A stretch of 64,000 nt of DNA from Bacteroidales bacterium (GTDB lineage: Bacteria > Bacteroidota > Bacteroidia > Bacteroidales > F082): the NCBI GenBank assembly GCA_017553625.1, contig JAFZKP010000013.1, positions 374 to 64,373 on the forward strand, given 5' to 3'. Position numbers and translations under genes: made by a program. Under the pieces are notes generated by a model that saw nothing but the letters and a program-made list of their open reading frames with translations, had not been told where the DNA came from and searched no databases. Shown in pieces: positions 19,508 through 29,980 of the stretch (positions are counted from its first letter, which is position 1; each line of letters starts with the position of its first letter).

Positions 19508-22500
19508 ATGAAAAAATTATTATTAACCATCGTGTTTTCTGTCGTTTTGGGCACTCTCTCGTTCGCTCAAACGGTGCAGAAAACATATCATTTCGGAACT
19601 CCTACAGTCAGTGAGGTGAATGGCTATGATGTAATTCGCTTCGCAGGCTTATACAATAACGGCGTCGCTGGCGAGGCCGCCCTGCCATGGCAGTCGGTGT
19701 CGTTGTTGTTACCACAAAACACTGAGGCTCAAGTTATTACGGTTGAATACTCTGACTTCGTTGAACTTGACGGCACTTACAACCTGATGCCTGCACAGGC
19801 ACCTCGTACGCTGTCATCGACGAAGCCGTTTGTGTTTGAGAAAAACGAGGATTTTTATAAATCAAACGAGGTGTATCCTAAAAACACCTTCTCGAAAGTC
19901 AACACGCAATATCTCAACGGCTGCTCGTTTGCCTTTGCACAGTTCTCGCCAGTGAGATACGTTCCTGCCACAGGTAAGGTCTCATACGCGAAATCTGCAA
20001 CAGTCACAATTGACGTAACAGCTTCAAAATCAGACAGAAGCAACAAGTTGTGGATGACACCTGAAATTCAGGGAAGAGTTGAGCGTCTGGCTCAGAATCC
20101 GGAAGCGGTGAAGTCATATAAGAGCCGTGCGCGTACAATCGGCGGCTATGAACTTCTCGTCATCACTCCGGAAAATTGGGTGTCGCATTTTGACGAATAC
20201 GTTGAGTTTTATGAGGCTCGCGGCTTGCGCACTCACGTGACGGCTCTCGAAGACATTCTCGCTAACTTTGAGGGTCGCGACGATGCCGAAAAAATGCGCA
20301 CTTACATCAATCAAGAGTATGAAAATGAAGGCATTATGATGGTGCTTCTCGGTGGCGACTCCAACGTGGTGCCGTGGCGCGCCCTATATTGCGATGCAGG
20401 TTCTGAAGCGGATAACCTTCCTGCTGACATGTATTTCGTATGCCTCGACGGCACCTGGAATGATGATAACGACGAGCTCTGGGGCGAGATTGGCGAAGAC
20501 GACCTGCTTCCTGAACTCTGTATCGGTCGTATGCCATTCAACAACGAGAACCAGTTTAACAACATGATGCACAAGACGTTAGAATATCAAGCTAACCCTG
20601 TACTCGGCGAGTTCCATGATGTGATTCTTGGCGCAGAACATCTCGGTGACGGCTATTATGGCAGCACCGACCTTGAGATGCTTATCGGCGGCTCAAGCAA
20701 TTTCGATTACACTACAGTTGGTATTCCGGAAGATTACAACTTCATTAAAATTTATGCCGACGGCCCGACAGGATGGACTGGCGGAATTTTCAAAAGTGCT
20801 ATAAACCAAAACGGTGGACAATATGTGCATCATGTCGGTCACGCTAACACTGATTATGTGGCGGGATGGTATGTGAACACTACCAATGACGAATCTTTCG
20901 CAAAACTCGATGGTGTGACCCATAACTATAATTTCTTCCATTCACACGGATGCATATGCGGCGACTTCACACATACCTGTATGCTTGAACGCTTGGTCAA
21001 TATCTCTACCGGTTTCGTTGCGACGACAGGCAACTCCCGTTACGGTTGGTATCAGCCTTGGGGTGACGGCATGGCAGCTCACCTGCATCGTGAGTTCGTC
21101 GACGCATATTATAACGACCGTCTGCCTTATATCGGAACGGCATTTGTGGAGATGAAGATTATGACTGCGCCATACGTGACGACACCATGGGGCGATAACG
21201 GCGCAATGCGTTGGAACTTATACGATATCAATATCTTAGGCGATGTGGCGGTGTGCCCTTGGCTCGATGAGCCTTTCAATCCAGAAGTCGATTACATGCC
21301 GGCTTTGACATTGGGAACGACACAAACAACAGTTACAATTAATAAAATAGGTGTGCCGCAAAACAATTTCCGCGTCAGTCTTTTCTACAATGGAGAATTA
21401 CTCGCATTCGACCAGACTGGCGACGACGGAGAGGCAGAACTGGTATTCGACGAGCCTTTGAATATCGCCGACACATTGAAGCTTATCATCACGGGACCTA
21501 ATGCTATCCCGCAGACAATCAACGTGTTGGGTATTAGTGAGAATTCCGCGTTTGTTTATCCAATAAATACTGATATTCATGGTGATTTCAATTTTGGAAG
21601 AAATGTGTCGATGGATGCAAGTTTCAAAAACATCGGAATGGCTGATGCGACTAATGTAACTGCCACATTGTCAACAGCTTCTGAATACGTAAGCCTGTCG
21701 AAGTCAGTGGTGGAGATTGGAAACGTGAATGCCGGAGCCACTGTTTTGATTCAAGATGCCTTTGATTTCAATATCGCTGACAATATTCCTGATGCAACAT
21801 ACGTCGGATTTATGGTGTCTTGCAGTGACGGAACAAATGTTTGGAACAGCGAGATTCATTTTTTGGCAAAAGCTCCTGTGCTGAAAATCGACAATATGGT
21901 TTATGAGGAACTCAACGGAAACATGAATGGTTTCCTTGATCCAGGTGAGACTTTCAAAGTAAAAGTTTATGGTACCAATGTCGGACATTATGTTGCAGAA
22001 GACCCATATATGCATTGCTCGGTATCATCGAATTATGTCACAGTGGTTGAAAATGATATTCATTTTGACAATGTTGATGTCAATGGAAACTTCGAGCAGT
22101 CATTTGAACTTGTTATTTCGGACGATACTCCTGATGGCACAATGGTTACAATAAACATGAATGCGATATCAAGCCAATATTCTGGAAGCGGCGATATGAG
22201 AATCACTGTGGGAACAGCCAAAGAAGACTTTGAAAGCGGTGGATTGACAAATCTTGACTGGCAATTGTCAGGTGATGCCGATTGGTTTGTAACTGATAGT
22301 GAAGCACATAGCGGAAATTATTGCGCCCAAAGCGGAAATATTATCAAGAATCAGGTCACATCATTGATAATTGAATTTGAAAACACCACAAGCGGAAAAA
22401 TCTCGTTCTATTTCAAGACTTCAACGACGTATCACAAAGATTACCTCGTGTTTTACATCGACAATGAGCTTCAGGGAATGTGGTCTGGTGATAACAACTG

Positions 22501-22885
22501 GACTGGCGTGAACTTTGATGTTGCAGCTGGTAATCATGTGATTGAATGGCGTTACGATACGGCTCCGAATGGTGGCACTGGAGGAAATGTTTGCTGGGTT
22601 GATGACATCACTTTCCCGGGTAACACGGTGATAATGGGTGTTGAATCAACGAGTTATGATAAAGACGTGACAATTTATCCGAATCCTGCCAATGATGTCA
22701 TTTATATTAAAGGTGATGATGTCCAATATGTCGAGATTTATAATTCAATCGGCTTGAAAGTCATTTCTATGAATGTAAATAATTCAGAATCAATTGATAT
22801 TGCTGACTTGGCAAACGGATTGTATTTCGTTAGGACTTCGGATAAAAACGGTAATGTTTCAACAACAAAAATCGTGAAGAGATAA
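19508..22885 (+). CDS. Gingipain-like cysteine peptidase (family C25) with T9SS C-terminal domain
   Basis: 1125 aa. Has a signal peptide, a propeptide-like N-terminus, a 'HHVGHANTD' / 'SHGCICGDF' His/Cys pair, and the C-terminal 'VTIYPNPANDVIYI...GLYFVRTSD..' sorting domain. Confidence 0.85.
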   Translation: MKKLLLTIVFSVVLGTLSFAQTVQKTYHFGTPTVSEVNGYDVIRFAGLYNNGVAGEAALPWQSVSLLLPQNTEAQVITVEYSDFVELDGTYNLMPAQAPRTLSSTKPFVFEKNEDFYKSNEVYPKNTFSKVNTQYLNGCSFAFAQFSPVRYVPATGKVSYAKSATVTIDVTASKSDRSNKLWMTPEIQGRVERLAQNPEAVKSYKSRARTIGGYELLVITPENWVSHFDEYVEFYEARGLRTHVTALEDILANFEGRDDAEKMRTYINQEYENEGIMMVLLGGDSNVVPWRALYCDAGSEADNLPADMYFVCLDGTWNDDNDELWGEIGEDDLLPELCIGRMPFNNENQFNNMMHKTLEYQANPVLGEFHDVILGAEHLGDGYYGSTDLEMLIGGSSNFDYTTVGIPEDYNFIKIYADGPTGWTGGIFKSAINQNGGQYVHHVGHANTDYVAGWYVNTTNDESFAKLDGVTHNYNFFHSHGCICGDFTHTCMLERLVNISTGFVATTGNSRYGWYQPWGDGMAAHLHREFVDAYYNDRLPYIGTAFVEMKIMTAPYVTTPWGDNGAMRWNLYDINILGDVAVCPWLDEPFNPEVDYMPALTLGTTQTTVTINKIGVPQNNFRVSLFYNGELLAFDQTGDDGEAELVFDEPLNIADTLKLIITGPNAIPQTINVLGISENSAFVYPINTDIHGDFNFGRNVSMDASFKNIGMADATNVTATLSTASEYVSLSKSVVEIGNVNAGATVLIQDAFDFNIADNIPDATYVGFMVSCSDGTNVWNSEIHFLAKAPVLKIDNMVYEELNGNMNGFLDPGETFKVKVYGTNVGHYVAEDPYMHCSVSSNYVTVVENDIHFDNVDVNGNFEQSFELVISDDTPDGTMVTINMNAISSQYSGSGDMRITVGTAKEDFESGGLTNLDWQLSGDADWFVTDSEAHSGNYCAQSGNIIKNQVTSLIIEFENTTSGKISFYFKTSTTYHKDYLVFYIDNELQGMWSGDNNWTGVNFDVAAGNHVIEWRYDTAPNGGTGGNVCWVDDITFPGNTVIMGVESTSYDKDVTIYPNPANDVIYIKGDDVQYVEIYNSIGLKVISMNVNNSESIDIADLANGLYFVRTSDKNGNVSTTKIVKR

Positions 22886-24022
22886 ATGTTGTTTGCTGAC
22901 GTGATAGGGCACGAGGACTTGAAAAAACGCCTTATTCAAAGCGTTAAGGAAAGCCGTGTGTCGCATGCGCAGCTGTTTTTAGGTCCTGAAGGAAGTGGCA
23001 AGATGCCTCTTGCATTGGCTTATGCTCAATATATCAACTGCACAAATCGTTCAGAATCAGATAGTTGTGGCGTTTGCCCTTCTTGTAGGAAATATATGTC
23101 TCTTACACATCCCGACCTTCATTTTGTGTTTCCTACAGCCACTACAAAGAAAGTGGATAAAAACCCAGAGTCGGATTTGTTTATAACAGAATGGCGCGAG
23201 TATCTTACTGAGTGTCAATGTTATACAGATTTACCTGATTGGTTTAACAAGCTTTCGATAGAAAACAAACAAGGTATCATCAACGTCAGGGATGCTGCAA
23301 CTATCATGCGAAAGCTGAGTTTTAAGGCTTACGAAAGTGAGTATAAGGTGGCGATTATTTGGATGGCAGAGAAACTTAACACACAGAGTGCCAATAAGTT
23401 GCTGAAGCTTATCGAGGAACCGCCAGAGAAAACGCTGTTTATCCTGATAGCTGAGCATCAAGAGGAGATTCTTACGACCATTCGTTCACGTTGTGTGATG
23501 ATGAAAGTGCCAAAACTTGGACTTAAAGAAACGCAGCAGGCACTTGTAGAAAGGGTGGGATGCACAGAACAAGAGGCTTACGATGCCGCTACACTCGCTG
23601 ATGGCAATTGGCTATTGGCACAACGCTATGCCAAAGACAGTGAGGATGAGAAGTTTTACGCTGAGACATTCCAGAAATGGATGCGTTATTGCTTCAAAGG
23701 CGCACTTCCGGAACTTATCGATTTCGTGGCAAACGACATAAAACCGCTTGGACGCGAGAAACAGAAGGAATTTTTGGAGTATGGATTGAATATTTTCCAT
23801 AACTCATTGCTGTTCAACAATAATATGTCTGATGAGGTGATGCTCCCAACAGATGAGAAAAACTTCACGAAAAACTTTGCACCTTTTATTAATATAAGAA
23901 ATGTGGCGAGCATCTGTGAAATGTTTGAAGAGAGCATCAACCAGATTGAACGCAATGCCAACGCTTCTATCGTCTTCATGGACGACAGTTGCAAGATGTC
24001 TAAATTGTTGAGAATCAAGTGA
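22886..24022 (+). CDS. holB: DNA polymerase III delta' subunit
   Basis: 378 aa with 'SHAQLFLGPEGSGK', a Zn-module 'CGVCPSCRK', and 'NKLLKLIEEPPEKTLFIL...TIRSRC'. Confidence 0.85.
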   Translation: MLFADVIGHEDLKKRLIQSVKESRVSHAQLFLGPEGSGKMPLALAYAQYINCTNRSESDSCGVCPSCRKYMSLTHPDLHFVFPTATTKKVDKNPESDLFITEWREYLTECQCYTDLPDWFNKLSIENKQGIINVRDAATIMRKLSFKAYESEYKVAIIWMAEKLNTQSANKLLKLIEEPPEKTLFILIAEHQEEILTTIRSRCVMMKVPKLGLKETQQALVERVGCTEQEAYDAATLADGNWLLAQRYAKDSEDEKFYAETFQKWMRYCFKGALPELIDFVANDIKPLGREKQKEFLEYGLNIFHNSLLFNNNMSDEVMLPTDEKNFTKNFAPFINIRNVASICEMFEESINQIERNANASIVFMDDSCKMSKLLRIK

Positions 24023-25605
24023 TGAAGGCGAGCGCAAAGATCGGATTGGCAGTGCTGAGCGGTCTTCTGATAGCTGCTGCATGGCCAGTAGGCGGTCTTG
24101 TACCACTTGCTTTCGTGGCTTTTGTGCCGTTGTTGTTTCTTCAAGACAGGGTGGGTTTTTCCTGGTTTTATTACATCACTTTCTTGATTTGGAACGCGCT
24201 CACGACTTGGTGGGTGTGGAAAACCACTGCAGCCGGCACAATCGGGATGATATTGCTCAACAGCCTTTTCATGACTTGTGTTTTCTGGGCTTATGGCTTC
24301 GTAAAAACAAAACTTTATGATAATAAAAAAGGCTATTACCTATTGATAATCTTTGTGCTAGCATTCGAATACCTGCATCTTAACTGGCAAATCAACTGGC
24401 CGTGGCTCAACATTGGAAACGTTTTTTCGCATTATCACTCTTGGGTTCAATGGTATGAGTTCACTGGCATCGCCGGTGGCACGGTCTGGGTGCTTGTTGC
24501 TAACATATTGATTTATAAGTTCCTTTGTCAATTCGACCAGCCGAAGGGAGTGGAGAAATCTTTTGAAAAAAGAAAGTATTCCATCTTATTCCTTTGTGTT
24601 CTTTTTATACCTTTGATTATCAGTAAGATAATGTATTTCTCCTACTCTGAAAAAGGTGAAGACGTGGAAATCGTTGTGGTTCAACCGAATCTCGACCCTT
24701 ATTCAGAGGAGTTCACGCTGAATGCGCGTCAAATCATGGAGAGAAATCTTTCAGTAGCAGCCCCGTTGGTGACAGAAAACACGCGTTTTGTGGTGAGTCC
24801 TGAGTCGGCAGTACAAGAGGATATTTGGCTTGAACGGATTGATAAATATTACTCAATTAAGGAGTTGCGTCGTTTTATTGGCGAATTTCCAAATACGTGT
24901 TATGTCATTGGCTTGAGCACTTTGGGACTGGCGCCTGACAGTTCGGAAAATGATTTCGCGGCTCGTAAGTTTTATGATGTTGACAAGTATTTTTACGCTT
25001 ACAACACCGCTTCTCTGATTACTAAAGACACAATACAATATTATCACAAGTCAAAACTTACGCCTGGTGCAGAGGCGATGCCATCATGGTGGTTTTTGCG
25101 GATGCTTAAAAATAGTGCCCTTGACCTTGGCGGAACCGTTGGAACTTTGAAAAAAGACACCGAAGCAAAGGTGCTATCATTTGATAATCATAAAGTTGGC
25201 ACTTTGATTTGTTATGAATCGGTGTTTGGCGGATATGTCACGGGATTTGTAAAAAAAGGCGCGGATTTGCTTTTTGTGATAACAAACGACGGCTGGTGGG
25301 GCAACTCGCCTGGTCATAAGCAGCATCTTGAGTTTTCGAAACTGCGTGCAATCGAGACAAGAAGAGGTGTCGCGCGCTCAGCAAATACAGGCATTTCCTG
25401 TTATATCAACCAAAGAGGCGATATCATAGAACAAAGCAAATACTGGGAGCAGACCGCTTTGTGTAACACATTGAAATCCAATGACAAACTGACGTTTTAC
25501 ATCCGTTATGGCGATTATATCTACAAAATTTCGGTCTTCCTGACAGCACTGCTCGTCGCAATGACTATTGCTAAACTAATTTTGAAAAAACAATGGAAAC
25601 ACTGA
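24019..25605 (+). CDS. lnt: Apolipoprotein N-acyltransferase
   Basis: 528 aa. Multi-TM N-terminus plus a CN-hydrolase domain ('VVQPN', 'LICYES', 'ITNDGWWG'). The track start at 24019 is GTG; an ATG follows at 24022. It overlaps the holB stop. Confidence 0.9.
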   Translation: MMKASAKIGLAVLSGLLIAAAWPVGGLVPLAFVAFVPLLFLQDRVGFSWFYYITFLIWNALTTWWVWKTTAAGTIGMILLNSLFMTCVFWAYGFVKTKLYDNKKGYYLLIIFVLAFEYLHLNWQINWPWLNIGNVFSHYHSWVQWYEFTGIAGGTVWVLVANILIYKFLCQFDQPKGVEKSFEKRKYSILFLCVLFIPLIISKIMYFSYSEKGEDVEIVVVQPNLDPYSEEFTLNARQIMERNLSVAAPLVTENTRFVVSPESAVQEDIWLERIDKYYSIKELRRFIGEFPNTCYVIGLSTLGLAPDSSENDFAARKFYDVDKYFYAYNTASLITKDTIQYYHKSKLTPGAEAMPSWWFLRMLKNSALDLGGTVGTLKKDTEAKVLSFDNHKVGTLICYESVFGGYVTGFVKKGADLLFVITNDGWWGNSPGHKQHLEFSKLRAIETRRGVARSANTGISCYINQRGDIIEQSKYWEQTALCNTLKSNDKLTFYIRYGDYIYKISVFLTALLVAMTIAKLILKKQWKH

Positions 25606-26579
25606 GTCTTGCGCCGTTTCAGGGGATAACCGATGTCGTTTACCGCAATATTTTCAAGAAACATTTTAGCGGAATCGACAAGTATTATACGCCGTTTTTC
25701 ACTGGGATTCAGAAAGATAACTCGAAGAGTCTTCGCGGCGAGGAGATTAGTCCCGATTTTAACGATGTGAAAACTGTTGTGCCGCAGATTTTAAGCAATA
25801 CCGCAGAGGAAATTGTGAGATTTGCAAATCAGTGTAAATCAATGGGATATTGGGAGTTTAACCTTAATATGGGATGCCCGTTTCCTCGCGTCGCCAACAA
25901 AACTCGCGGCTGCGGTCTCATGGCAGATCCTAATCGCACAATAAAAATGCTGAATGACGTTTTCGAGCAGATTGATGGAATAAAATTCAGCATAAAATGC
26001 CGTCTCGGATATTACAACGATGAGGAGATTTATGCGTTTGTTGATACGTTTAACACGTTGCCATTCAGCGAGATAATAATACACCCGCGAATTGGAAAAC
26101 AGATGTATACCGGTGAGGCGTCGGTGGAAAAATTCACCGCATTGATACCGTTAATTAATAAACCGTTGGTTTACAATGGCGATGTTTTCGATGTAAAAAA
26201 ATACGATTTCGTATTGATGCGTTGTAGAGAGGCGATTCATCGCAACTCTTCTGAACCGATAATGACAAAATCGGAAATAATGTTAGGTCGCGGATTATTA
26301 ACCAACCCGTTTCTTGCCGAACAAATCAAAAAGATTGACAATCAGCAGGATAAAAAGTCGCGCCTCCATAATTTTGTGGTTGATTTGTATGTTGAGCGTC
26401 TGCGTCATGCTGGAGGCAGCCCGAAAATCATAGGCAGCATGAAGGAATTGTGGAAATACATGATGAATATTTTTGACGATCCTCAAAATGTGTGGCGTAA
26501 GGTTAAGAAAGTCAATCATTTGGATGATTATGAAACGTCTGTTGAGGAAATTTTTAATGATTATAATTTAATAGTTTAA
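25593..26579 (+). CDS. tRNA-dihydrouridine synthase family protein
   Basis: 328 aa with 'LAPFQGITDVVYRN', 'NLNMGCP' and 'IHPR'. Confidence 0.8.
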   Translation: METLSLAPFQGITDVVYRNIFKKHFSGIDKYYTPFFTGIQKDNSKSLRGEEISPDFNDVKTVVPQILSNTAEEIVRFANQCKSMGYWEFNLNMGCPFPRVANKTRGCGLMADPNRTIKMLNDVFEQIDGIKFSIKCRLGYYNDEEIYAFVDTFNTLPFSEIIIHPRIGKQMYTGEASVEKFTALIPLINKPLVYNGDVFDVKKYDFVLMRCREAIHRNSSEPIMTKSEIMLGRGLLTNPFLAEQIKKIDNQQDKKSRLHNFVVDLYVERLRHAGGSPKIIGSMKELWKYMMNIFDDPQNVWRKVKKVNHLDDYETSVEEIFNDYNLIV

Positions 26580-26582
26580 GTT

Positions 26583-28028
26583 ATGAAAAGGTTTTTTAAT
26601 GTTTTGATTATCAGCTTGTTGCTGGTTTCTTGCGTGTCAAAGCCGCAAGAAGTGGTGATTTTATCTACTAACGACATGCACTCTCACATTGAGAATATTC
26701 CGAAACTGGCTTATATTGCTGATAGTTTGCACAATCTTTATCCGCAGCTTTTGATTGTGAGCGCCGGCGACAACCGCACTGGCAATGCTTACAACGACAA
26801 ATATCCGGAGCATTCAAATCTTCCGATGATTTCGTTGATGAATGAAATCGGTTTTGAGGTTTCGGCACTTGGAAACCACGAGTTTGACGATAACATCGAC
26901 GGAATCAGATATTTCATAAACAAGGCTAACTTCCCTGTCATTTGCGCTAATGTTGATTTTTCGGCGTATCCCGATATAAAAATGCCTGCTTATGTGACAA
27001 TTACTAAAAAAATCAACGGAAAAGATGTAAAAATCATACTTCTTAGCATGATTGAGACAAGCAATGAAGGTCGTCCGAGCGCACATGTCAAAAACATGAA
27101 AGATGTCGGCTTTGTTGATGCCAAGGATGTTATAAAAGATTATCTTTACTTGAAAGACAGCTGCGATGTTTTCGTGCTTCTGTCGCATTGCGGTATGGCG
27201 CAAGAGCTTGATTTTGCTGCAAAATATCCTGAATTTGACATGATTATCGGTGGTCATTCGCACGATTTGGCTAACGAACAATTCGAAAACGGCGTTCTTT
27301 ATACACAGTCGAAGTATTATCTTAAAAATGCAACGGTCACAAAACTCAAAGTTGTTGATGGAAAAGTTGTAGAGAAAGATTCTCAAATCATTTATTTGGA
27401 TAAAGTTAATAAAGTTGATGAGCGCATTCAGAAAGAGGTTGACAAATATTACGCTGAGCCTGAGTTTCAGAAAGTCATAGGACACGCCTTGACTCCGTTT
27501 GATGACAAAGACGCTCTCGGTGCTTTTATGGCGGATGCCCAGCGTTATATAACAAAAGCTGAGATTTCGATGCAGAATCCTGGCGGCGTGCGCTTCGACA
27601 ACATGCATGGAGGAGACATCACCAAAGCTGACATATATAATCTTGACCCGTTTAATAACTCATTGGTTATCTGTGAGATGACTGGAAAACAGGTGGAAGA
27701 GTTCCTCGAAATCGCTTCGACAAAAGACGGTTTTCCTACGCATGTTTCAGGAATAAAATACACGATGGTTTATGTTAAAAAACAAGAAGGAGGCGGTTAT
27801 TTTACAAACGCAAAAGCGTTTATCGATGGTAAGCCTATCAATCAGGACAAGGTTTATACGGTGACGTTGAACAGTTATATGGCCTCCTCGTGGGCAAAAG
27901 ACCATTGCCTTTCGATGAAAGATTGTGGCGTTGCGGCAAACGATGGGGAGTTTTTATATCTTGAGGATCATAAAGATGTTGATTACCAGGGTGTTAAACG
28001 CTATGAATGTGAGATTGTACAAGAATAA
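26583..28028 (+). CDS. Bifunctional metallophosphatase/5'-nucleotidase (lipoprotein-like signal)
   Basis: 481 aa with 'LSTNDMHSH', 'GDNRTGN', 'GNHEFD' and 'GGHSH'. N-terminus is 'LLLVSCVS'. Confidence 0.85.
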   Translation: MKRFFNVLIISLLLVSCVSKPQEVVILSTNDMHSHIENIPKLAYIADSLHNLYPQLLIVSAGDNRTGNAYNDKYPEHSNLPMISLMNEIGFEVSALGNHEFDDNIDGIRYFINKANFPVICANVDFSAYPDIKMPAYVTITKKINGKDVKIILLSMIETSNEGRPSAHVKNMKDVGFVDAKDVIKDYLYLKDSCDVFVLLSHCGMAQELDFAAKYPEFDMIIGGHSHDLANEQFENGVLYTQSKYYLKNATVTKLKVVDGKVVEKDSQIIYLDKVNKVDERIQKEVDKYYAEPEFQKVIGHALTPFDDKDALGAFMADAQRYITKAEISMQNPGGVRFDNMHGGDITKADIYNLDPFNNSLVICEMTGKQVEEFLEIASTKDGFPTHVSGIKYTMVYVKKQEGGGYFTNAKAFIDGKPINQDKVYTVTLNSYMASSWAKDHCLSMKDCGVAANDGEFLYLEDHKDVDYQGVKRYECEIVQE

Positions 28029-28040
28029 AACTGTGTTAAA

Positions 28041-29027
28041 ATGAAGATATTACTCATTCGTTTCAGCTCAATCGGCGACATTGTCCTTACCACTCCTGTG
28101 ATACGCTGCATCAAGCGTCAGATGGACGATGACGTTGAGCTTCATGTACTTACGAAAGACAAATTCGCGAGTCTGTCGCACAACAATCCATATGTCGACA
28201 AGACTTTTGAGTACAACGGCTCTATTCGTGAGGTGATTAAGGAGTTGAAAAAGGAAGAATATGACTATATTGTTGATTTACAGAAGAATAACCGCTCCAA
28301 AAGAGTTTGTTTTGCTTTGGGTTGCGAGCATCATTCTTTCCATAAACTTGATTTCAAGAAAATGCTGCTTACAACTTTTAAAATCAACAAACTGCCTGAT
28401 ATTCATATAGTTGACAGATATTTTGAGGCTGTTGAGCCGCTTGATATCAAAAATGACGGTCGAGGGCTTGAATTTTACATCTCGGAGACTAATATGATGC
28501 AGGAGCCGGATCTTCCGGAAGAGTTCAGAAACGGTTTTTATGCTGTTGCCGTCGGTGGTAGTTACGACACCAAGGTGTTGCCTGCCGAGAAAGTCATAGA
28601 AGTCATAGAAAAGCTTGACGAGCCTGTGATTTTGCTTGGCGGTCCCGGTGACATGAAACGCGCAAAGGTCATTGCCGACGCAGTGGGGGAAAACGTCTGG
28701 AATCCTGTGGGATTGTTGAATCTTGAGCAGTCGGCGTCAATCATCAAGATGTCGAAAGCCGTTCTGACTGGCGATACTGGGATGATGCACATCGCTGCGG
28801 CGTTCAACAAGCCGATGGTCTCTGTCTGGGGCAACACTGTCCCTGAGTTTGGGATGTACCAGTATTATCCAAAAGGTTCTGAAAACAAACTAAATGTTAT
28901 GGAAATCAAAGGGTTGAGATGCCGTCCGTGCTCTAAGTTGGGATATAAGAAATGCCCGAAAGGACATTTCAAGTGCATGATGAACCTCAATACCGACGAG
29001 ATTGTTTCATTACTCAAAGTGGAATAA
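28041..29027 (+). CDS. Glycosyltransferase family 9 (heptosyltransferase-like)
   Basis: 328 aa with 'KILLIRFSSIGDIVLTTPVIR' and 'VLTGDTGMMHIAAAF'. Confidence 0.85.
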   Translation: MKILLIRFSSIGDIVLTTPVIRCIKRQMDDDVELHVLTKDKFASLSHNNPYVDKTFEYNGSIREVIKELKKEEYDYIVDLQKNNRSKRVCFALGCEHHSFHKLDFKKMLLTTFKINKLPDIHIVDRYFEAVEPLDIKNDGRGLEFYISETNMMQEPDLPEEFRNGFYAVAVGGSYDTKVLPAEKVIEVIEKLDEPVILLGGPGDMKRAKVIADAVGENVWNPVGLLNLEQSASIIKMSKAVLTGDTGMMHIAAAFNKPMVSVWGNTVPEFGMYQYYPKGSENKLNVMEIKGLRCRPCSKLGYKKCPKGHFKCMMNLNTDEIVSLLKVE

Positions 29028-29033
29028 ATTATT

Positions 29034-29684
29034 ATGTTGTCAGTTAAGACATTTATTTTCAATTCAATACAAGTAAACACTTACGTTGTTTACAACGAAA
29101 ACAAGGAGTGTGTCATCATCGATGCAGGCAATCTTGAGCCTTATGAAGACGAACAGATTTTGAATTACATCGAAAAAAATAGTCTGAAGCCGCTGATGCT
29201 GCTCAATACGCATTCGCACATCGACCATGTGATGGGCAATAAGGTCATTGCTGATAAATACCATATCGAGTTGGCTGCAAGTCCTGTTGAGAGGCCGTTT
29301 TACGACAAGGTTTGGATGTTTGCGGCTGCTTTTGGCATCAATTTCACCCAAGACCGCTGTCTGACTCCGACAAAAGACCTCAATGATGGCGATATTATTA
29401 AAATTGGCGATGACGAGCTGAAGGTGCTTAGCACGCCAGGTCACGCTCCCGGACATGTCTGTTTCTACGATGAAAAAGACGGTATCGTTTTCACTGGCGA
29501 CACCTTATTTTACAGGGGAGTGGGTCGTTGGGATTTGCCTGGTGGCAATTACAATCAGCTTGAAAAAAGCCTTCGTGAAGTGCTTTATAAGCTCCCTGAC
29601 GACACTATCGCTTATTGCGGTCATGGTTCAATGACACGCATCGGAGATGAAAAACGAAATAATCCGGAAATTAATAGTTTTTAG
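29034..29684 (+). CDS. MBL-fold metallo-hydrolase (glyoxalase II-like)
   Basis: 216 aa with 'LNTHSHIDHV' and 'TPGHAPGH'. The stop codon is TAG. Confidence 0.85.
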   Translation: MLSVKTFIFNSIQVNTYVVYNENKECVIIDAGNLEPYEDEQILNYIEKNSLKPLMLLNTHSHIDHVMGNKVIADKYHIELAASPVERPFYDKVWMFAAAFGINFTQDRCLTPTKDLNDGDIIKIGDDELKVLSTPGHAPGHVCFYDEKDGIVFTGDTLFYRGVGRWDLPGGNYNQLEKSLREVLYKLPDDTIAYCGHGSMTRIGDEKRNNPEINSF

Positions 29685-29750
29685 TCGTCAATTAGAGAGC
29701 CTTTAGCTTTCGCAGAAAGGTGGCAGCTCGATAATGACGACTAAAAACAA

Positions 29751-29777
29751 GAAAAGCATCGAATTTTCGATGCTTTC
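29751..29777 (+). terminator. Rho-independent terminator ending the housekeeping operon
   Basis: 'gaaaagcatcgaa-tt-ttcgatgctttc' forms a long near-perfect stem followed by a T-rich tail. Confidence 0.65.
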
Positions 29778-29876
29778 TTAGTATCGGGTAAGGGAATAAG
29801 CCCCTCCACTATAAGAAACTAAAAACCTTAATAATCAATATCTTACATTTTTTATTCTTCTCTTTTTTTCAAAAAA

Positions 29877-29914
29877 AGTACACTTTTTTGCTACTTAGTA
29901 CACTTTTAGTACAC
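29877..29914 (+). repeat. Three direct AGTACAC repeats upstream of the integrase promoter
   Basis: AGTACACTTTT at 29877 and 29897, and AGTACACCTCG at 29908. They lie 20-55 nt upstream of the -7 box. Confidence 0.55.
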
Positions 29915-29933
29915 CTCGTATTTCTTTTTTTCG

Positions 29934-29941
29934 TATCTTTG
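29934..29941 (+). promoter_or_regulatory. Bacteroidetes -7 promoter box (TATCTTTG) for the integrase
   Basis: Exact TAnnTTTG match 40 nt upstream of the ATG at 29981. Confidence 0.5.
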
Positions 29942-29980
29942 CAGTAAGAAAAAAAACTAATCGAAACAGTTCTTATTATT

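Noticed and set aside
29682-29745. Possible TAG readthrough of the MBL hydrolase gene (19 further sense codons to a TAA)
   Set aside because: An open run of 19 codons is expected by chance. The extension coincides with a hairpin and terminator region and shows no protein-like features.
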